The notes beneath the pieces are model-generated. The model was given only the letters and a program-made list of their open reading frames with translations. It did no database searches and was not told where the DNA came from. Shown here in pieces: positions 61,536 to 64,000 of a stretch of DNA of 64,000 nt. This stretch comes from Octopus vulgaris (lineage: Eukaryota), in the NCBI GenBank assembly GCA_951406725.2, contig OX597814.1, forward strand, positions 59,024,001 to 59,088,000. The letters run 5' to 3'. Made by a program: the position numbers and the translations under genes. Numbering within the stretch: the stretch's first letter is position 1; each line of letters opens with the position of its first letter.

Positions 61536-61882
61536 ATCGACGCTGGTCGCAAAATGAGTTTGTAAAGTCAAGACAAAACAAGGACAGGTGGTTTTGTATG
61601 AGAGGACATCTGCAATATATATTGGAAGGGTATATTTAAGATTTATAGTCTTGAAGAGGTTAGTCGACATGGATAGAGAGGAAAGGGAAAACAGACAGCC
61701 GAACGTCTCCTCTCCATAATTAAGATAGAGGCAGTTGTTTTTATCTGAGGAATTTTCTTTAATGTCCTTAATTGTATAATCCGTATATTCCTCTGAAGAA
61801 AACGGTTTTTCATAATGATAATTATTTATTTATAATTCACTTCTCTTGGGACCTGCCCCACGTGTGTTCCGAAGTATATTGT

Positions 61883-61996
61883 GAAGAAGAAGAAGGAGAA
61901 GAAGAAGAAGAAGAAGAAGAAGAAGAAGAAGAAGAAGAAGAAGAAGAAGAAGAAGAAGAAGAAGAAGAAGAAGAAGAAGAAGAAGAAGAAGAAGAA
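61883..61996. repeat. (GAA)n microsatellite
   Basis: Direct reading. Confidence 0.95.
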
Positions 61997-61999
61997 AAT

Positions 62000-62190
62000 A
62001 TTCCTTTCTACTCTAGGCTCATGGGGGATGGGGCAGTCGATTAGATCGACCCCAGTCGATTTATCGACCTCGAAAATATGAAAGGCAAAGTCGACCTCGG
62101 CGGAATTTGAACACAGAACGTAAAGACTGACGAAATACCCCTAAGCATTTTTCCCGTTGTGCTACCGTTTCTGCCAACTAGCTGCCTTAA
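62000..62190 (-). mobile_element. tRNA-derived SINE, fourth family
   Basis: Minus-strand head AAGGCAGCTAGTTGGCAGAAACGGTAGCAC (A box), B box GTGTTCAAATTCC, then GCCGAGGTCGACTTTGCCTTTCAT. Confidence 0.8.
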
Positions 62191-63590
62191 GAAGAAATCA
62201 ATATTATGTTAATGACCTAATTTGATTTTTGTTATAGCATCCACTGTTCAGATAATTACGGGTGTATTAAGTTTATTTTTTCAGGATAGTTGGAATGTTT
62301 CCGTTCAAATGATGTATATACATATGGTATGTGTAAGAGTTTAAGTCATAATGTACTTTCATAAAAGCAGTAAATTGTACAGCACTATAAAACCAACACA
62401 AATAAATGAATGGATATATAACAGTGGAATAAAAGACGACGAAGATGAAAACAATTATCAATTCTTTCACGGAACATATAAGGTTAATGAATTTAATCGA
62501 ATAGAACATGAATATCTAAAACTGAATAAGAGAGCTGGAGAGATGCACACAGTGACATAAAACAATGTTTTTGGTAATGTAAAATTTTGAAAATTGTGTG
62601 TGGCTGTGACTTCCTGTGTAAATCTTCAATATGTCATTTGGAATAGGTACAGACAGTAGATCTGTTAGGATAACGCTCAAATCCATGGGATTTTTCCTTT
62701 TCCCTTGCTTCTTAATGCATTATTTGCACGAAGGCAAATATTAGCGATTTGCATCAGCACATTGAAAAGAAATTAATAAAACATAACTAAGACAATGATG
62801 CACTTAATTAACAAGCTACACTCGTTGAGCTTCATATAATGAATATAGACTTTGCCGCAAAACATAATTGTACATGTATATGTATAAATCTCTCTGTCTT
62901 TCTCTCTCTCTCTCTACGAATAGTTTGAGAAAGCCATCTGCATATCTCAAATTGCGAAAGTGTCACCTATTTCTATATCCTTTCAGTATATTTCATAACT
63001 TCAAATGGCAGTAAAACTCTAAATTAGTTTCGTGACATATCAGTAATGATGTAACGGTCATTAAGCAACAAATTGAATGGAAATTGTTGATATATGTTAT
63101 GTTTCAGGTTAGAGTGCTCGATTAGACTGCCCATCAGCAAATGATTAATTAATTTAGATTAACGTAGCATCTTAAAAATGTGTGGATGCAAATAGTTTTA
63201 AAATACTGATGCCTACAACTAACCATGCTTCAAGTGAAATTTTCATCGACTTGTTATAATACTCAGGCTGGCTTGTTTTTAACAGTTGTCTTTCGAAGTT
63301 TTCGATTATATGATAAATTTTAGTAATTTCAGATTATTAAGTCTTATAGATTATCTTTCTCTTCACTAACACTTGCAGTATTCTTACATTTGACTATACA
63401 AAACACAGAATGAAATTCAGACTGTATGAGCTTGTAACTATTACTGATAATTTTAGTATAACATCAATAGTAGTTATCAACCTAAACCAAGATATAGATA
63501 TAATTATGCCAATGAAATTTAATGTTTCTAGAAGGCATTCAACTAATATATGTAAACACTTCATGATTTCAATGCCTTTCTATCACGAGC

Positions 63591-63665
<75 letters not shown>

Positions 63666-64000
63666 CCGTTTGGGTATGTTGTCCTTTCACACAAGGGGAT
63701 ATTATTGGGAGAAAAGGTAGCACGCCGGACAAAATGTCAGAATATTAAGCTGCATTTCGTCTATATTAACGTTCTCACTCCAAATTCCGCTGACTTTGCT
63801 TTTATCTTTTTCGGATCGATGAAACAATGTGCCTCTTATAAAAATGACGATTATTGTTATAACCCTGTAACATATTCTATATCAAGACCCAACTACTGTA
63901 AAATATTATTTAATATGTAATAAAAAATACCATGTGATACACCATGATATATAAATTAGGTTGGGAATATCTTAATTAGGAACTGAATTTGATGCTTATG

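Overview
AT-rich eukaryotic DNA with dense microsatellites. The SINE and repeat content is what I recall from octopus/cephalopod genomes; I could not verify this by search. I can support no intact host protein-coding gene, and nearly all ORFs in the track are microsatellite artefacts or transposon remnants. The window holds: (i) a full-length but disrupted RTE-clade LINE (1547-5507, - strand) with a 13-bp target-site duplication, inserted into the A-box of a tRNA-derived SINE; (ii) five decayed Tc1/mariner elements; (iii) a CR1-group RT fragment; (iv) several tRNA-derived SINEs; (v) Penelope-like (PLE) remnants with GIY-YIG fragments, inverted pseudo-LTRs and candidate minimal type-I hammerhead ribozymes, two of which share an unusual A·G pair at the base of stem II, plus a palindrome that folds back at a hammerhead-like stem II; (vi) a ~9.6-kb (TAA)n 'landing pad' (39001-48635) stacked with co-oriented R4/Dong-type restriction-like-endonuclease retrotransposon fragments, three copies of a ~550-bp non-coding passenger element and a ~4.9-kb pure (TAA)n array. 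About ten independent fold-back or inverted-duplication structures occur across the window.
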